Positions 62,785 to 64,000 of a DNA stretch of 64,000 nt are shown piece after piece. Positions within the stretch are counted from its first letter, which is position 1. Every line of letters begins with the position of its first letter. The notes below the pieces were generated by a model, which searched no databases, was not told the origin of the DNA, and was given only the letters and a program-made list of their open reading frames with translations. Position numbers and translations under genes: made by a program. The DNA is from Macrostomum lignano (Eukaryota): NCBI GenBank assembly GCA_002269645.1, contig NIVC01002611.1, forward strand, positions 92,916 through 156,915. Reading direction: 5' to 3'.

Positions 62785-63026
62785 CACCCGCTGCCGCCAG
62801 TGGACCTGCCCGGGCCACAACGATCGAGTCAACCTGCACAGAGCCGGCGGCCAGTTCTTCAACTTCCTGCTACTGCACGGCGCCCCGCCTGGCCTCGCCA
62901 ATGGCGTGCGCAAACTGCGGCGTCCTGGCAGTGCCAACAGCGGAGGCGGCAGTCAGCAGCTGCTGATTCAAATTAACCGACTGGTACAGCAGTACAGCAA
63001 CGGAAAATACTCGCTGGTTGATCAAG
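62785..63026 (+). CDS. PKDCC: PKDCC-like kinase exon (C-lobe)
   Basis: Acceptor ctccctgaacAG|C (phase 2) and donor CAAG|GTGAGT (phase 1). CPGHNDRVNLHRAGGQFFNFLLLHGAPPGL..QQYSNGKY resembles PKDCC [36 protein letters not shown]. Confidence 0.9.
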
Positions 63027-63054
63027 GTGAGTCAAGGTGATCTCTTCTTAATGC

Positions 63055-63515
63055 TTGAGAATCTGCCTCTCCGCTCTTCTCAGTGCTTGAGAATCTGCCT
63101 CTCCGCTCTTCTCAGTGCTTGAGAATCTGCCTCTCCGCTCTTCTCAGTGCCTGAGAATCTGCCTCTCCGCTCTTCTCAGTGCCTGAGAATCTGCCTCTCC
63201 GCTCTCTCAGTGCCTGAGAATCTGCCTCTCCGCTCTCTCAGTGCCTGAGAATCTGCCTCTCCGCTCTTCTCAGTGCCTGAGAATCTGCCTCTCCGCTCTT
63301 CTCAGTGCCTGAGAATCTGCCTCTCCGCTCTTCTCAGTGCTGAGAATCTGCCTCTCCGCTCTTCTCAGTGCTTGAGAATCATCTGCCTCTCCGCTCTTCT
63401 CAGTGCTTGAGAATCATCTGCTCCGCTCTTCTCAGTGCTTGAGAATCTGCCTCTCCGCTCTTCTCAGTGCTTGAGAATCTGCCTCTCCGCTCTTCTCAGT
63501 GCTTGAGAATCTGCT
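63055..63515. repeat. 32-bp minisatellite (GAGAATCTGCCTCTCCGCTCTTCTCAGTGC(T/C)T)n filling a PKDCC intron
   Basis: 32-bp period. Confidence 0.95.
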
Positions 63516-63585
63516 GACTTCGAGCATACATGTAAATAGACTTCTCTGATAAAAGCGCCTTGCCAATTTCCAAATCGAATTGCAG

Positions 63586-63780
63586 CAGCCGGCCACAGCG
63601 CAGCGGCATTCCAGCTGGTGCCCAACGCCACGGTGTCCGGCTCCGACTATCCCTGCAGCTACACGGTGCTGGGCGCCCGGTGCCGAGTCACCGCGTTCAG
63701 CCTGGCGGAGGCGCGCCTGTTGTGTGCCGGGGAGCCCGGCTGCCGGGGGTTCGTTGTGACACCCGACCGCTCGTGGACTA
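63586..63780 (+). CDS. PKDCC: PKDCC-like C-terminal Cys-rich domain exon; terminal exon not seen in the window
   Basis: aattgcAG|CAG acceptor (phase 1) and donor ACTA|GTGAGT. DYPC..C..TAFSLAEARLLCAGEPGCRGFVVTPDRSWT resembles PKDCC [37 protein letters not shown]. Confidence 0.9.
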
Positions 63781-64000
63781 GTGAGTTATAATTACTTTAT
63801 AGCCTTGAAACATAAATTAAATGTCAGAGATCAGCTACTGAAAGTAGAAATATCTGAATTTGACTATAGAAATGTCTGCGTAAGCCATAATTAATAGATG
63901 ATGTACAAATTATGCAATTGTTGCGTCGAGACATTTGCGCCGACGTGCAATAACATAAAACGCTTAGCAGCCTACTTACTAGCAGAGGTAGTAGAGTAGA

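Overview
Eukaryotic (metazoan) genomic DNA, not prokaryotic. The GC-rich exons, low-complexity proteins and minisatellite-stuffed introns resemble a Macrostomum-like flatworm, but that assignment is inference only. Four spliced protein-coding genes can be reconstructed by hand with GT-AG junctions and consistent phases. (1) Minus strand: an ankyrin-repeat plus GAMT-like arginine methyltransferase of the fungal/plant Rmt2 type, join(10662..10146, 4270..3621), 388 aa. (2) Minus strand: MFAP1, join(13658..12549, 12013..11516), 535 aa. (3) Minus strand: an inhibitory Smad6/7, join(31564..31042, 20177..20079, 19053..18059), 538 aa. (4) Plus strand: a PKDCC/VLK secretory-pathway kinase, with exons 52569-52584, 55271-55808 (carries frameshifts), 61460-61567, 61638-61849, 62785-63026 and 63586-63780; the last exon is not seen in the window. 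Non-coding DNA contains more than 25 micro- and minisatellite arrays and several transposon remnants with verifiable ends: two copies of an internally deleted P/THAP9-type element (23-bp TIR, 8-bp TSD), two hAT-type MITEs (8-bp TSDs), a long-TIR foldback MITE (8-bp TSD), a non-autonomous LTR element with a same-family solo LTR nested in it (4-bp TSDs), a second LTR followed by four tandem PBS-like units, and a CpG-decayed mariner relic. Most long ORFs in the supplied track are translations of tandem repeats.
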